A stretch of DNA of 64,000 nt from Azolla caroliniana (lineage: Eukaryota; Plantae; Polypodiophyta): contig JBHGNT010000018.1 of assembly GCA_043228905.1 (NCBI GenBank), forward strand, positions 14,322,001 through 14,386,000. The letters are read 5' to 3'. Positions 36,236-48,419 of the stretch are shown here, one piece after another. The position numbers and the translations under genes are program-made. The notes beneath the pieces were generated by a model, which was given only the letters and a program-made list of their open reading frames with translations, had not been told where the DNA came from and made no database searches. Position 1 is the first letter of the stretch; each line of letters begins with the position of its first letter.

Positions 36236-37986
36236 CGGCATAAGGATGATATTTTGCTAGAAGTTGTACTGAGGAGTCCCTAATAGTGCTAGAAGGATGT
36301 ACTGATATTGCAAATAGGAACATTGCCTCCTTGGGTCCTTCTTCGCGTAGTTGATGGAGTGAAATGGTCGAAACTCGGTGAGTTGATTCTTGGGGTGGTC
36401 GATATCGGACTTCTCTTGTTCGCCAATCTATGGCTGGATTATGTAATTCAAACCAAGGTAATCCTAGGACAATGGGATGCTCTGGACTACTAATTATATT
36501 AAATGATATTACACACACAAAACTACCTAGGACAACTTGAATGGGTTCTGATTCTTCTACAATATTCCCGGAAGCAATGGGACGACCATCAATGACTACT
36601 ACAGTTGCGGGACAAGGAAGTTTTCTTAAGGATATCTGAGAAGCTTGGGCAAAATTCCGATCCATGAAACAGGAATTAGCTCCGGAATCTAAAAGTGCTA
36701 GGACGGGTACTGGGGGAGTACTTTTAGTACTAACAATGACTTCGGCTAGGAACACATTGCTAACTTGCTTGGAAGGAATGGAACCACTAATGGGCTGTAC
36801 AGATCTAGGGTTGTTGTCCAACCAAATGGCTCCTATTTTGGCTGGACTCAATCGTTTAACTCTTCATCTAATTGACTAAGGATTTCAAATTTATTTGAGA
36901 TACTTGGGCTATTAGTACTATGAATACTATCAAACACTCTATTAGTACTATTAATACTATCCGACACTCCTAAGGGAAGAATTGACTCGGGTTTAGTACA
37001 GGCTACAATTTGATTTACCTGTCTTCTTGGCCTATGGGGACAATTGATTGCGATATGCCCTGGTCCACCGCAATAAAGACATAATCGATTTGCACATCGT
37101 CGTTGCTTTTCTTCTTCCGATAACAGGCCGCGTCGACGCATGGTATCAATCTCCATCGGTGTCGAAGTATTTGCTTGAGGTATGTCTCGTGCAAACGGTA
37201 AGTGGGCTCCGGCCTAGCACGTGGTATCTGTAATTGACGTTCCGAACGTCGTTCGAAAAGGCGGTTGTCACATCGAACCGCTCGACTGATTGCCTCCGTA
37301 AGAGACTTTGGTTCTTCGGGGAAAGTTAGAAGTAGATCTTTGACATCGTTTCGCAGGCCATAGCGAAACTGCTCCATTAGTGCTTGATCATCCCAGGGTA
37401 TGTCTAAAGAGAGTAGGCGGAAATCCGTCGTGTAGGCAGAGGCTGGACGATCGCCTTGACGCAAGCGCCGGATCTTGTTGATCGTCGTCCTGATGTTGTC
37501 GGTGTCGCCAAAGCAGGCTTTGAACTCACTAATAAAATCTTCAAAGTTATTAAGCAAGGGCGATTGTTTTTCTAGGAGCGGAGCGAACCATGCTAAGGCT
37601 GAGCCGCTAAGCAATGTGCCTATTAAGCCGACTCGGGATGCATCAGTGGGGTATCGGGAAGGATGCATTTGGAGGACTAATCGTACCTGATTAAGGAATC
37701 CCCTGAATTGTGATCGCGTTCCATCAAATTTCACAAGAAGTCCAATCTTCGGCTCTTTATGAAATCCTTGGGGACTTGATCCTTGTTGTTGCAATGCCGC
37801 TTCGAGTTGTTGCACCCGTAACGCTAACTCCCCATGTTGTTGCTGCGTTTGTTGCTTTTCTAGAGCGATTTGTTGCAGATCCCCTATCAGCCGTTGGTTT
37901 TCTTGTTCCAAGGCAACAAATTTTTCTTTTAAGCACTGTAGCTCAGAGAAAACAGATTGATATTCTTGGGCGCTAACAGTAGCCAT
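36236..37986 (-). pseudogene. gypsy F gag (frameshifted) and protease
   Basis: ORFs 37015-38013, 36848-37156 and 36213-36851, homologous to G gag and protease. Confidence 0.9.
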
Positions 37987-38026
37987 AGTATAGGGAAAAG
38001 GGTAGGAGAACAAAATTGGTTCAAAC

Positions 38027-38471
38027 TGTCAGGAGTAGTACTAAAGCAGAGATGGAATTAGTACTAAAGAAGAGCAGTACTATTAGTACTAAGAGGACGG
38101 GACTGCGTAAGATTCCCGAGAGAGGAAGTGAGAAGAGAAGAGAGAGAGAGATAGCGAGAAAGAGAGAGAGAAGGATGATGACAGCATCTCTTATATTATG
38201 TGAAAAGATAAGTACAAATCGGCTAAGAGGCTTAAGACTGGCGTTGAACCAATTTGGTTCAAAACAATGCCTTGTGCCTCCTTTTATAGTGTTTTTAGGA
38301 ATAATCCTGAAGCTTCTAGAATGTTCCAGAGAGATCTGGAATATACATCAATTTTCTATGATAAAGCATAAATGAAAATAATATTCTACAAATTACAATT
38401 CATAGTCTAATGGTAAGAGCTCGACCCATGTAGCATAAGGTCATGGGTTCGAGTCTTGCCATATCATGACA
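38027..38471 (-). repeat. 5' LTR of gypsy F
   Basis: Matches 27334-27778; minus-strand CTATAAAAG at 38281-38289. Confidence 0.95.
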
Positions 38472-38684
38472 ACAAAGGATGGTTAATGGTCGTGAGAAGC
38501 AACAGGCTGGGAATTTGGAACATAAGGAAGCAAGCGACGCTTGGAAAGTCGTAGGGAAACATATTAATGGAGGATCTGGTAGGATATGTAAGGAATTGGT
38601 GAATCGGACATATAAGAGGGGATGGATGGAAGAGATGATTAGGGCCCCTTCCAGCAGTATGGCTACAACCCTCTTCGCAACAGT

Positions 38685-40415
38685 GTGGCTACAACCCTCT
38701 TCGCAGTTGATGGCAATGAGGATTCGCATGTGTGGGGAGAATCGGAGGTTTGGAAAGTAGACGCACGGAAGCAAGAAGTTGAAGGAGATCATGCCAACCT
38801 TGCATTATGGAAAACGGACGAAGAGGGAGTAGAAGAGGGGCAGCGGGGACTGCAAGGAGGATTGCCTCAATGGTTGCCTATGGTGGAGAGTGAGGCCGCG
38901 GAGTACACGTTACAAGTGGAAAACCTTTTGAATGAATGTGGTCAGACACATAATGCACATAATGCATGCATGAGAGGAGATCATGATAAGGATTTGAAAA
39001 TGGTGGAGACTTCTGATGTATTGGATGTTTTTCTGTCCGAAGAAGAAAGTACAATCCTAAATGCCGAGATCAAAAGACTAAAGAAATGTTTGTTCATTTG
39101 TAAGCTATTTGGTGGTAGGCCCAATAGAGGTATGGTCCGTGATATGCTACAGGTAGCTTTAATGGATAAGGTCCCGCATATAAAGAGCGCGGATAATATG
39201 GGACGAAATTTCTTTCACATTGAAGTGAATGAAGGGAGTGATGTATCGCAAATTATCAATATGAAATGTGTAGAACTCAAATATGGAAGAGCTCTGTTGT
39301 TGGAGTGGCATGCTAATTTCAATGTTATGGATGAGGCTAAGAAAATTGGTAATCCCATGGTGATATCTATGGTATTCCCTAATCTGCCTCGACACTTATA
39401 TCCGTTGATGCAAAATATTGGGGAGAAGATTGGCACAATTTGTTCTTCAAAGGCAACCATGGTAGACAAAATCCGAGACTCCCCTAAGATTAGGGTGCTT
39501 GTGCAAAGTTTGTCCACACTTCCCTCCCTAATTAGAGTGCATGACTTGGAGGGAAGATTGATAGATGTGGATGTGGAATATGAGGGTTTACCTGGCCAAT
39601 GTTTCTATTGTAAAAGAAAGGGCCACATTGCCAAGGAATGTCCAAGGAAGATTAATAGAAATGTAAGGGGGGAGAAGGATACGGGGCCAATAGATAAGCA
39701 AGAGACGTTGAGAGTGTCAAGATTGAGTAACCTCAATGGGGCTGAGAAGGCGAACACTAGTGCAAATGGCTGGACTCGTGTTTTGGGACGGAAAAATGGC
39801 TTGCAACGAGAAGTCAACATGGATACGCCTCAGGCAGATTTGAGAAATCGTTTTGAAGTATTGCAAGAAGAGGAGGACCTAGCACAAGACTCAAAGAAAA
39901 CTATTGTTGAAGAGGTGGTAATATGTACACCTGAGGTCATGTTAAAAAGTGGAACACTTAGACAAGAATCTGCCATGGGCTCCCCTTCCTCCATTGGCAA
40001 AAGTGGAAGTATGGGATTGAGAGCAATGAAAGACTGGCTACGTAATGGGAGGTGTCAAGAAAGCTCATCCATCACTCTTGAAATTCAGAAGTTGCAAGTG
40101 GTGGGACAAGGAAGTAAGGAGGCAAATGTTAGAGTTCCAATCAAATTTGTTAGGTCAAAAATATTGGAAGGAGGCAGGCTGGACAAGGGATATAGGTTTA
40201 GTCAGCAAGCTCTCACAAGACTGACTGATTTGTCACAAGGGGAAGCTCTAGGGCTAAGGGTTTATGTAGTTGTTGCTGAACGAAACAAGTTGCCAGCTAT
40301 AGGCGTCTCTTTTGATCTAACAGACCTAGAGGTTACAACCAGTAACTTGCCACGGATCTCCAACTTTATAGAAGTTAAGGCACACAAATACTTCCACGGC
40401 CTGCCTATCACCTAG
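38685..40415 (+). CDS. LINE ORF1 (nucleic-acid binding, CCHC zinc knuckle); start uncertain
   Basis: 576-aa ORF with …VEYEGLPGQCFYCKRKGHIAKEC typical of plant L1 ORF1, upstream of ORF2. Confidence 0.8.
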   Translation: MATTLFAVDGNEDSHVWGESEVWKVDARKQEVEGDHANLALWKTDEEGVEEGQRGLQGGLPQWLPMVESEAAEYTLQVENLLNECGQTHNAHNACMRGDHDKDLKMVETSDVLDVFLSEEESTILNAEIKRLKKCLFICKLFGGRPNRGMVRDMLQVALMDKVPHIKSADNMGRNFFHIEVNEGSDVSQIINMKCVELKYGRALLLEWHANFNVMDEAKKIGNPMVISMVFPNLPRHLYPLMQNIGEKIGTICSSKATMVDKIRDSPKIRVLVQSLSTLPSLIRVHDLEGRLIDVDVEYEGLPGQCFYCKRKGHIAKECPRKINRNVRGEKDTGPIDKQETLRVSRLSNLNGAEKANTSANGWTRVLGRKNGLQREVNMDTPQADLRNRFEVLQEEEDLAQDSKKTIVEEVVICTPEVMLKSGTLRQESAMGSPSSIGKSGSMGLRAMKDWLRNGRCQESSSITLEIQKLQVVGQGSKEANVRVPIKFVRSKILEGGRLDKGYRFSQQALTRLTDLSQGEALGLRVYVVVAERNKLPAIGVSFDLTDLEVTTSNLPRISNFIEVKAHKYFHGLPIT

Positions 40416-40648
40416 AATGGAGATAAATGGAGGTTGATGTGGCTGAATGTTGGAATGATATGTGGGAGTTTTCATGATTCTCGCATTAAAAAACAGATTT
40501 TACTATGCCTAGAGGAGACGATAGACTCCCTTGATGAGGTGTTGCACTTCCACGAGGAGGAAATGGCAGAAGCTACAAGGCAAGATGTTGTTTTAGGATG
40601 GGAGAGGATCAAGGCATGAGGTTGGGCATGGGCTCGTAGGGAGGGACT

Positions 40649-43600
40649 ATGTCCGGCTTGGGAGACTTCACAATTGTTCTCATGAAATTAATCACGTGGA
40701 ACATACAAGGTCTAGGCGGTAGCAAATGTATGTTGGAGAGGAAGAACCTCCGCCAAGAGTTCAAATCCCCTAGCTTTAGGGGTATCCCAGACATTTTGCT
40801 CTTGCAAGAGCACCATTTGAGTGCAAACAGAATCTCGAGTATTGGCAATCCTCTAGCGAGGGATTGGCATACTTTTTGGTCCCCAGCACAAGGTGAGCAT
40901 GGTAGAAAAGGGGGTGTTTGTACATCTATCAAGAATAATCCAGATATTATTGTTGTGGACCAAGGCACCATCGTGGAGGGACGTGCCATCAATGTGACAG
41001 TCAGATGGCAACAACGTATCATTGGAATAATAAATGTGTACGCGCCCAATTCAACAGCGATGCGGGCCCTTTTTTGGAGGTAATTGGCCGATGGACTGCC
41101 GATGGCAGATGCATGGATCCTCGCAGGGGATTTTAACATGACTTTGCACACGGAGGACAAGGTGGGGGGCATGCATACGGCGGTGCAGGGGTCAGAGTTA
41201 GTTGCATGGGATTTGTTGATGGGCAGAATGGGAGTGAAAGATGCTTGGTATGTACTAAAAAAGCCTCGGAGCTCGCTATGCTTCTCAAGAGCAGGCTGCA
41301 ATATAAATGGCTATTGTATGTCTCGCATAGACAAAATATACATAAGCTCGGAACTGGAAAAATATGGCAGCAATGTTGAAATCATCGCAGGTTCAACTTA
41401 CTCTGATCACATGCCGGTTACGATTACGTTGGTCACTCAAAGCCTGAACAAAAGGGACTGCAACTTAAGGATTAGTAGTAAACTTTTTGAGGATGTGGAG
41501 GTGAGAAGTAAGATAAGGAGTATATGGGAAAATAATCTAGTTGGTTGTGGTGCTTTGGATAATCTTCGAGGAAAGATTATTGAAACTTCAAAGTATTTGC
41601 ATGAAGAGACTAAAAATAGATTTGAGAGGTCCAAGGAAAGAGAGGTGAGACTAAGAAGATCGATAGCGGCTACCCAAAGAATGCTTCAGAAAAATCCCAA
41701 GTGTCTTTGGTCGAGATCAGGTCTGGAGGCTACTAAAGAAACACTACAACGACTGATTGTGTCAAGAAATAAGATGGTATTCAGGAGCTCAGCAGCTTGG
41801 TGGAGCAGGAATGGGGACAAGGTGAACCAACAATTTGTTAAGTTTAAAAAACCGAGCACAAATGGTAACTTCAGTCCTAAACTTATCAAGGAGGATGGTT
41901 CACTGTCAGAAGATGTATCGGAGATCATGGAGGCAGTCACATCTCACTATAGTGGGCTACTATCAAATAGTTATAGTCTCCCAGCCCAGCCTTCGCTGGC
42001 AGAATTTGTATTGAAGGGAATGCAACCAAGAATTTCAGAGGTTGCACAAGTTAAGTTGTCAGGGCCACTCTTGGAAGAAGAGGTGTCAGACGATTTGGCA
42101 AGTATATGTAGTACGTCTTGTCCAGGCGACGACGGATTATCAAAAGATTTTTATGAAAAATTTTGGGAACTAATTAAGGTTGACCTAATTGCTGGACTAA
42201 ATGAGGCATGGGATGATGGGTACCTCCCTGAACATTTTAAAGAGGGACTAATATTTCTAATTCCTAAGGTAAAGGGTATAGTTACGGATGTGAGGCAATG
42301 GAGACCGATTACGCTGCTCAACACAATCTATAAGATTTTTGCTAATATGCTGGCCAAGAGGGTCAAACCCCACTTAAATGCGCTAATTAGTGTTGGACAA
42401 ACAGGATTCATGGAAAATAGATGTATAATTGATAATGTGTTGACCTTTTGGGAAGCAATTGCCCTGGCGAAGAAAACCAATCAACATATTGCATGCCTCA
42501 TGCTTGACTTTGAGAAGGCATATGACAGAGTACAGTGGCCTTTTTTAGACAAAGTCATGGAGCGGTTGGGACTACCCTCAAAATGGAGAGCAACTGCATT
42601 GGCCCTTTACAAAGGAAGCGTGAGTAGGGTGTTGGTATTAGGGCAACAGGGCCCATCAATGCCATTATGCAAGTCTGTCAGGCAGGGGTGCCCATTGGCC
42701 CCCTATCTTTATTTATTTATTTCAGAGGCATTCTCTTTCTTTCTAAATAGACCGGATGCAGGAATTCGGGGTTTGGTTTTCCCACATGCTTGCAAGGACT
42801 TGTTGGACTCCATGTATGCAGATGACACTATGCTCTATCTGCAAGGCAATGATGCTAATTTATAGCAAGTTGAAAAACGGATTGAGTTGTTTTGTGAAGC
42901 ATCAGGGGGGGAAATTAATTGGAACAAAAGTAGAGGGTTTTGGGTAAGTCCAAACTCCATGCCGCATTGGCAACCTAATGCTGATTTTCAATGGGTTCCT
43001 AATGGAAGGGCTGTTAAGTATTTGGGCTTTTTGGTGGGAATAGAGATTCAGAAAAATCAGCAGCTTGAGCAAGTGAAAGACAAAATTAGAAAAAAGCTTC
43101 GGTTATGGACATCAGTAAAGCTTTCCCTTGCAGGTAGAGTGGTTGTGGTAAACCACATTTTGTTGGCCACCATGTGGCACTCGTTGGCATGTTGGATGTT
43201 AGATAAAGATTGCATCAAAAATATTAAGGCAATGGTGAGAGGGTTCCTTTGGTCGGGTAGAGACCATGAGACAGCGTCAGCTAAAGTGGCCTGGAGTTGT
43301 TTGATCAAGGAAAAAAGTCAAGGTGGACTTGGGCTGGTGGATCCGGTTCACCAAAGTAAGGCTTTACTTGGTAAGCTCTTGGTGCGAAGTCTCCAACCTG
43401 GACCAGAATTGTGGAAATTGCTTCTTAGAGACAAAGCTAAACTCTGGTGTCCGAGGAATGGCGGCCCTTGGACGGCAAAGAAGTGGTGGTTGTTTAGTCC
43501 AGGCCTAACGTTAAAAGAACCTACTAGCATGGAGGATAGGGTGGCCCGCTCCATAATGAGGGCATGGTCAAGTTTAAGAGAGGGGCTTGTCTTAATGCAG

Positions 43601-44947
43601 CCAAAAACAATGGAGGAACAACTCCGTCAACCTCTATTTTGGAACCCCAGGATTCGAAGTGATGACAGTATGATGCTTGGTCAAAAAAAATACTTACCAT
43701 GGGGAAAAATGGTAGAGTACAATGTTAGTTCAGTAAGAGACTGGGAGGAGTTCAAAAGGAGAAGAAGGGAGGGGCTGATTGGTAGCCCTAGATTTACTGG
43801 CAAGCTGGAAAAGATTACCCATTTGATAGATAAGGCTGTTGATGGTCTAGCTAGGCTGAATGAAGAAGAGGGGGTCTGGTTTGGGTGGTTTGTGGGTGAG
43901 GACGATGCACAAATTATCCGAGGCAGGTGCCCATCTAATGAGTATCGGTGGTGGGGCAATCTAAGTGCTTTGGCAGACAATGGCCAGTGGTTGCCAGTAC
44001 GAGTGGCAATGCTGGAAGGTAAGAAGTGGCAAGTAAACCCGGACCCAGGGAAGCTGCAATCTGATTGTAAGCTTTGGATAGTTGACCCAGGGAAGCCCAT
44101 ATGTGATCTGGATTGGGATCCACTAGAGGTGTGGTGGCAGAAACCGGGAACGGACAAACTTGAACGGTTTTTCGAGTACACTACCAAGCTAGGAAGGCAA
44201 ATCATTGGATCTAAATCGATGGGTGTTGCCCTAACTCGCAATAGCTGGAAGGATAAAGGCATTTCTGATGGCTGGTTGAAGTCGTTTTGGAGGAGACTAT
44301 GGGCGTTCGATATGCTAGAAAAAATAAAGCTTTGGTTGTGGCTTCTTAGTCACAAAGTTGTACCAGTGGGGGAGTGGCTTAGGTGTCATGGTGGTGAGGC
44401 TGGATGCAAAATTTGTGGTCACCCTTTGGAATCAATTCCTCATTGTTTTTGGAATTGTAACGAGGCTATTAACATTTGGGGTAGAAGTCTCCGAATAGTG
44501 GCAGCATGCGGCGTGAATGGGAGAGTTGTATGGAGGTCCGTACAGGGGCTGAAGTTAACAGGGGAAGGTTGGGCTAAACAGTTAAACCCTCACGGACATG
44601 GATTTATAGTGCAGGGTGGCAAGGTGTTTCAATGGGCTGGAGTTCGACCTAGCACTAACTCAGAACTTTTTGAAGAGATATGGAGGATGGTGGCTTGTTT
44701 ATCGGTCTGGCACATTTGGACCAACCGTTGTAAGTTTGTTTTTCAACAACAAAAGATCCCTAGTGGTGAGGTATTAATAAATATTTGGTTTGAGTTGGTC
44801 TCTTGGTTGCGGGGACGATACGACTCGATTAAGGGGGAATCTGATGCATCTGAAAGATCTCGATCAAAGTTCTTGCTGAAATGGGGTAATTCTCCTATGG
44901 TCGGCAGATCATCATCAGGGCCTCAATGGCACTACCAAGCACCCTGA
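40649..44947 (+). pseudogene. LINE ORF2 (APE endonuclease, RT, zinc finger) with two in-frame stops
   Basis: Same-frame ORFs 40649-41083, 41084-42865 and 42887-44947; TWNIQGL, LQEH, GDFN, SDH, RQGCPL, YADD, CKICGHPLESIPHCFWNC. Confidence 0.93.
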
Positions 44948-46199
44948 TGGTTGTTTCCCCCAATAGTTTCCAACAACGTCTAGGTGCTATAAATTTGTAT
45001 AGTTATGGTACAAATAACTAGGTTATTGGAGTTGTTTGGATACGTTTGTTGAAAATGAGGTGGGGACTATGTCCGCTATGGTGGGAAGGCCAGAGTGAGG
45101 GCTGTTGAGAGGAATTTTGAGAATTCTATGATGTAATTTTGTTTGCTAACTAATGCGAAGTAGTGATTTTTTGGGAAAAAAAAAACATCATGTATACATA
45201 AAACCATAAAGAGAAGTTTGATGCTAATATGTGTAATGTATCTACATAAAATGTTGATAGTAATTTGTATGGTAATAAAAGTCACATTACATGAAAACTC
45301 CGGGCATGAGCTATTACAAGATTCACAATTAAAATATGGGGCTTATTAGAACCATGCATTGTCTCAATTGATCAAATCGATGAATGTATAGAAGGCATCA
45401 CTGAATAAATGTTACTTCAGAAACACTAAAGCAATTGTAAATTGGTGGGGTGACTTTCTCCTTCAATTGGAAATTGAACTATTTAAGCATTTGTTCAGGT
45501 TTTGCATTTATATCACAAGAGATTGGTTGTGTTGGTTCTAGTATTGTACATCCAATGGTTACCTTCACAATTTTACATATACCCTATAGCTTAAAACCTA
45601 TTTCTATTCTTAGAGCCACTTGCCATAATTAATCTAAGCATTGAATGAAAAAGTTATTATAGTTCAGTGTTCCTAAAAAATGTGGCTCATTAAGATTACT
45701 AGAGATGTCCAACCCGTAAATAAAGTTATTGTAAGGAATGCAACGTTAGGGTCAACTATGGATGAGTTTCTATTAAAGTAGAAACATTTTTTTGGCTAAA
45801 CTATTATTCCAAAGGAAATTTATATTCAAGACATTGTGATGTGCATTTCACAATATTGTACCAATATGAACAAGTCCAAATAGATGTAGGTAGCCAATAT
45901 ATTGCTACCATGTGCATGCCAATTGGATTGTTATGGATGTGTACTCTATAGTAAGACACACAAAAAATTGTGGCACACACGACGAGTGATGTATGTATAA
46001 AGTCTTAAAGAATTCATGCCATGCTTTACAATGCCTTTTTTGGACAATGTGACCTATTAAAGGTTTCTTAGAAGAAGAAACCATTAGATATAGATAAATG
46101 TCGAAATCGTGTTTCTCAGTACCTACAAGTAAATGATATACTAAGAATGGAAAATCCTTATTTACATATTTGGTTGCCTCATGCTACACATGCATCAAA

Positions 46200-48000
46200 T
46201 CTTTCTAAGGCACTAGATTTTTGGATGCTTGTTTATTTTACCATATTTAGTTGACTCATGTTACATGTGCATCATATCCACTCTATCAATTATTGAGAAA
46301 GATTAAAATATTTGAAGGGTTAGATGTTCATGTACATGCCATGCAACAACTTAAAGAATTGCAATTAAATGCACTTGCCTTGATGAAATCAAATCGTGCA
46401 TATGGAAGGGGTGTTGTGTTCACGATAGATAAAAATGATATAGGAACTATGTGAGCTTTAAACCCAATTTATGTGGAAGGAAATAATCATGTAATAAGAT
46501 ACGATGCTAAAATCCTTTTGCAAGCAACATGTTTACGCCCTTGTAAAAAAGAGATTTGTAGAGTGTGATAACAACCCTAAACCTATACTATGAACTTTCT
46601 ACAATCGTAAAAGCAAAAATGTTACCCATATTATGAATGATTATTAACTGCTCCACTCTAGATATTGATATACTTTGTTGGATAACTTATATCGAGTCTT
46701 TAGACCTAGTACTTTACCTTGAGCTTGATTATGTCCTACCTTGAGCATGCTTGTAAATGAGGAAGAGACACAATCCAACAGTGAAGATGTCGACTTAAAT
46801 TCTCGTACATTTTATGTTTGGAAAGGAAATGAATGTATGTCTGACTGAATATTGATGTTGGATCACTATTTGAGTTCCCTAAAAAAGCATGATGAATGGA
46901 CATATGCCCAATTTGCCAGAATACAAAGGAAAGCATACCGAGTTTTCCTTCACAAAGGTCACAAGTGAAAACATCGTATAAACGATTGGATGTTTGCGAT
47001 GTGTAATATGTGAGATAGAAATAACCAAGAGTTTAATGAAGAGTTATTTTTTAGCAAACCGATGAGGTATTTGGCCAACATTTGCAAAAATAAAAGAATG
47101 TTATCGATGGTTGGAAGTATATAGTGATGTTACACTATTAGTGCAATCTTGAGATGTACACCAAATGTATTAAAATGTACAATATACAAACGGTTCAAAA
47201 CTAACATTCCTATTATCCTTGCATTATAAATGGGGTGTTGATATTGTGTTGGGTTAGGACAAATGGAATACCTGTTATTAACTTGAGAAGATCTTACCAA
47301 CTAGGTTGAAGGACATGCCTTCGAACAAAAACAACCTTTCCAATATGTAAGTACTCACTACAATATATAATTTATAAAATAGGGTTGTGTTGGGCAAATG
47401 ATTGCACATAGAGGTGAATTGGAAGCATACGAATCTTATTTGCATGGATGGGTATTAAACTACCTATAATAACAACACACATCCCAAAAGCTAATGGTAA
47501 AGTAGAATGACAAGATTTGTTGACCATAAAAGCTTTAATTAAAGTATGTGACGAGAAACCAAGTGATTGACCTCAATTATTACCTTTTGCATTATGGATT
47601 GATAAAATTACTCGAGTTTTGTTATAGAAATCAAGTTAGCTTGATTGATTTATAGTCAAAAGCCAATCATCCTAACAAAGTAATATATTTTGGCATCGAT
47701 AAATTTACTTTGACATGAGGCAATTAATAGGTGAACACTTATTACACTTGCTAGAGAGAAGGAACCACAATGTGAAAATTACCATCCAAGTTTCCAACAA
47801 CCTCAAGAAGTTTGGCTTAGAAATAAGGAAAGGTTTCATAGGTTCCACTATCTTCAACCTAAGCCTATTCTAGGAGGACTTTGTGTATTAGTGTTTGACT
47901 ATAGTCTCAACAACCAATGTAACACGGTTAAAAAGTTTTCAAGAAGATGTTTGGTTGTCGTATCATGAAATGCACAAATGGTAGTGTTGTTATGACATAT
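46200..48000 (+). mobile_element. highly decayed gypsy pol relic
   Basis: Integrase-like remnants near 47480-47605 (ANGKVE; PQLLPFALWID); boundaries vague. Confidence 0.45.
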
Positions 48001-48419
48001 TAATGATAGATGGATATCAATTGCAATGAAAAGGGTAAAGTTATTCAAACAAAGAAGTAGTTCACGTGTAGAACAAATAGAAGCAAATAATAATTAAGCA
48101 TATGAACCATGCCTTAATTTTTCGCCACAAATTGAAGGATATGTAGGTTTGGTGGGGGTAGATGTTATGAAGTTGAGAGTTTATTATGTGAAAAAATATA
48201 ATATAATATACTAGACATACATATGTATTGGGTTTTGTAAATGATAAAAATTATGTGCCTATCTTAATATAATACCTATACATTAATCATTGCAAGTAAA
48301 TTCATGAATAATTTAACCGGTTTCGATTAAATTACCTAATGTATGTTCACTCATAGTATTATTTACCTAATCCGATCAAGGTACAACCAGATTGGCACAT
48401 ATGTACTCATGAAAACACA

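Larger units (their letters stand above)
27334..38471 (-). mobile_element. Ty3/gypsy element F (Tf1/sushi/Tcn1-like), minus strand, interrupted by G
   Basis: 445-bp LTRs 27334-27778 and 38027-38471; TSD ACAAA (27329-27333, 38472-38476); PPT complement CTATCTCCCCCTT from 27779; gag, protease (LLDSGA), RT (YLDD), RNase H and integrase on the minus strand. Confidence 0.95.
26864..45185 (+). mobile_element. full-length L1-clade LINE (~7.2 kb net) interrupted by gypsy F
   Basis: TSD AAAAAACATCATGTAT at 26848-26863 and 45180-45195; poly(A) 45176-45185; ORF1 and ORF2 downstream of the gypsy insertion. Confidence 0.88.

Noticed and set aside
38399-38465. Possible genuine tRNA gene
   Set aside because: A/B boxes are present but I could not build a convincing acceptor or anticodon stem, and it is duplicated as part of the LTRs; reported as a tRNA-like module instead.
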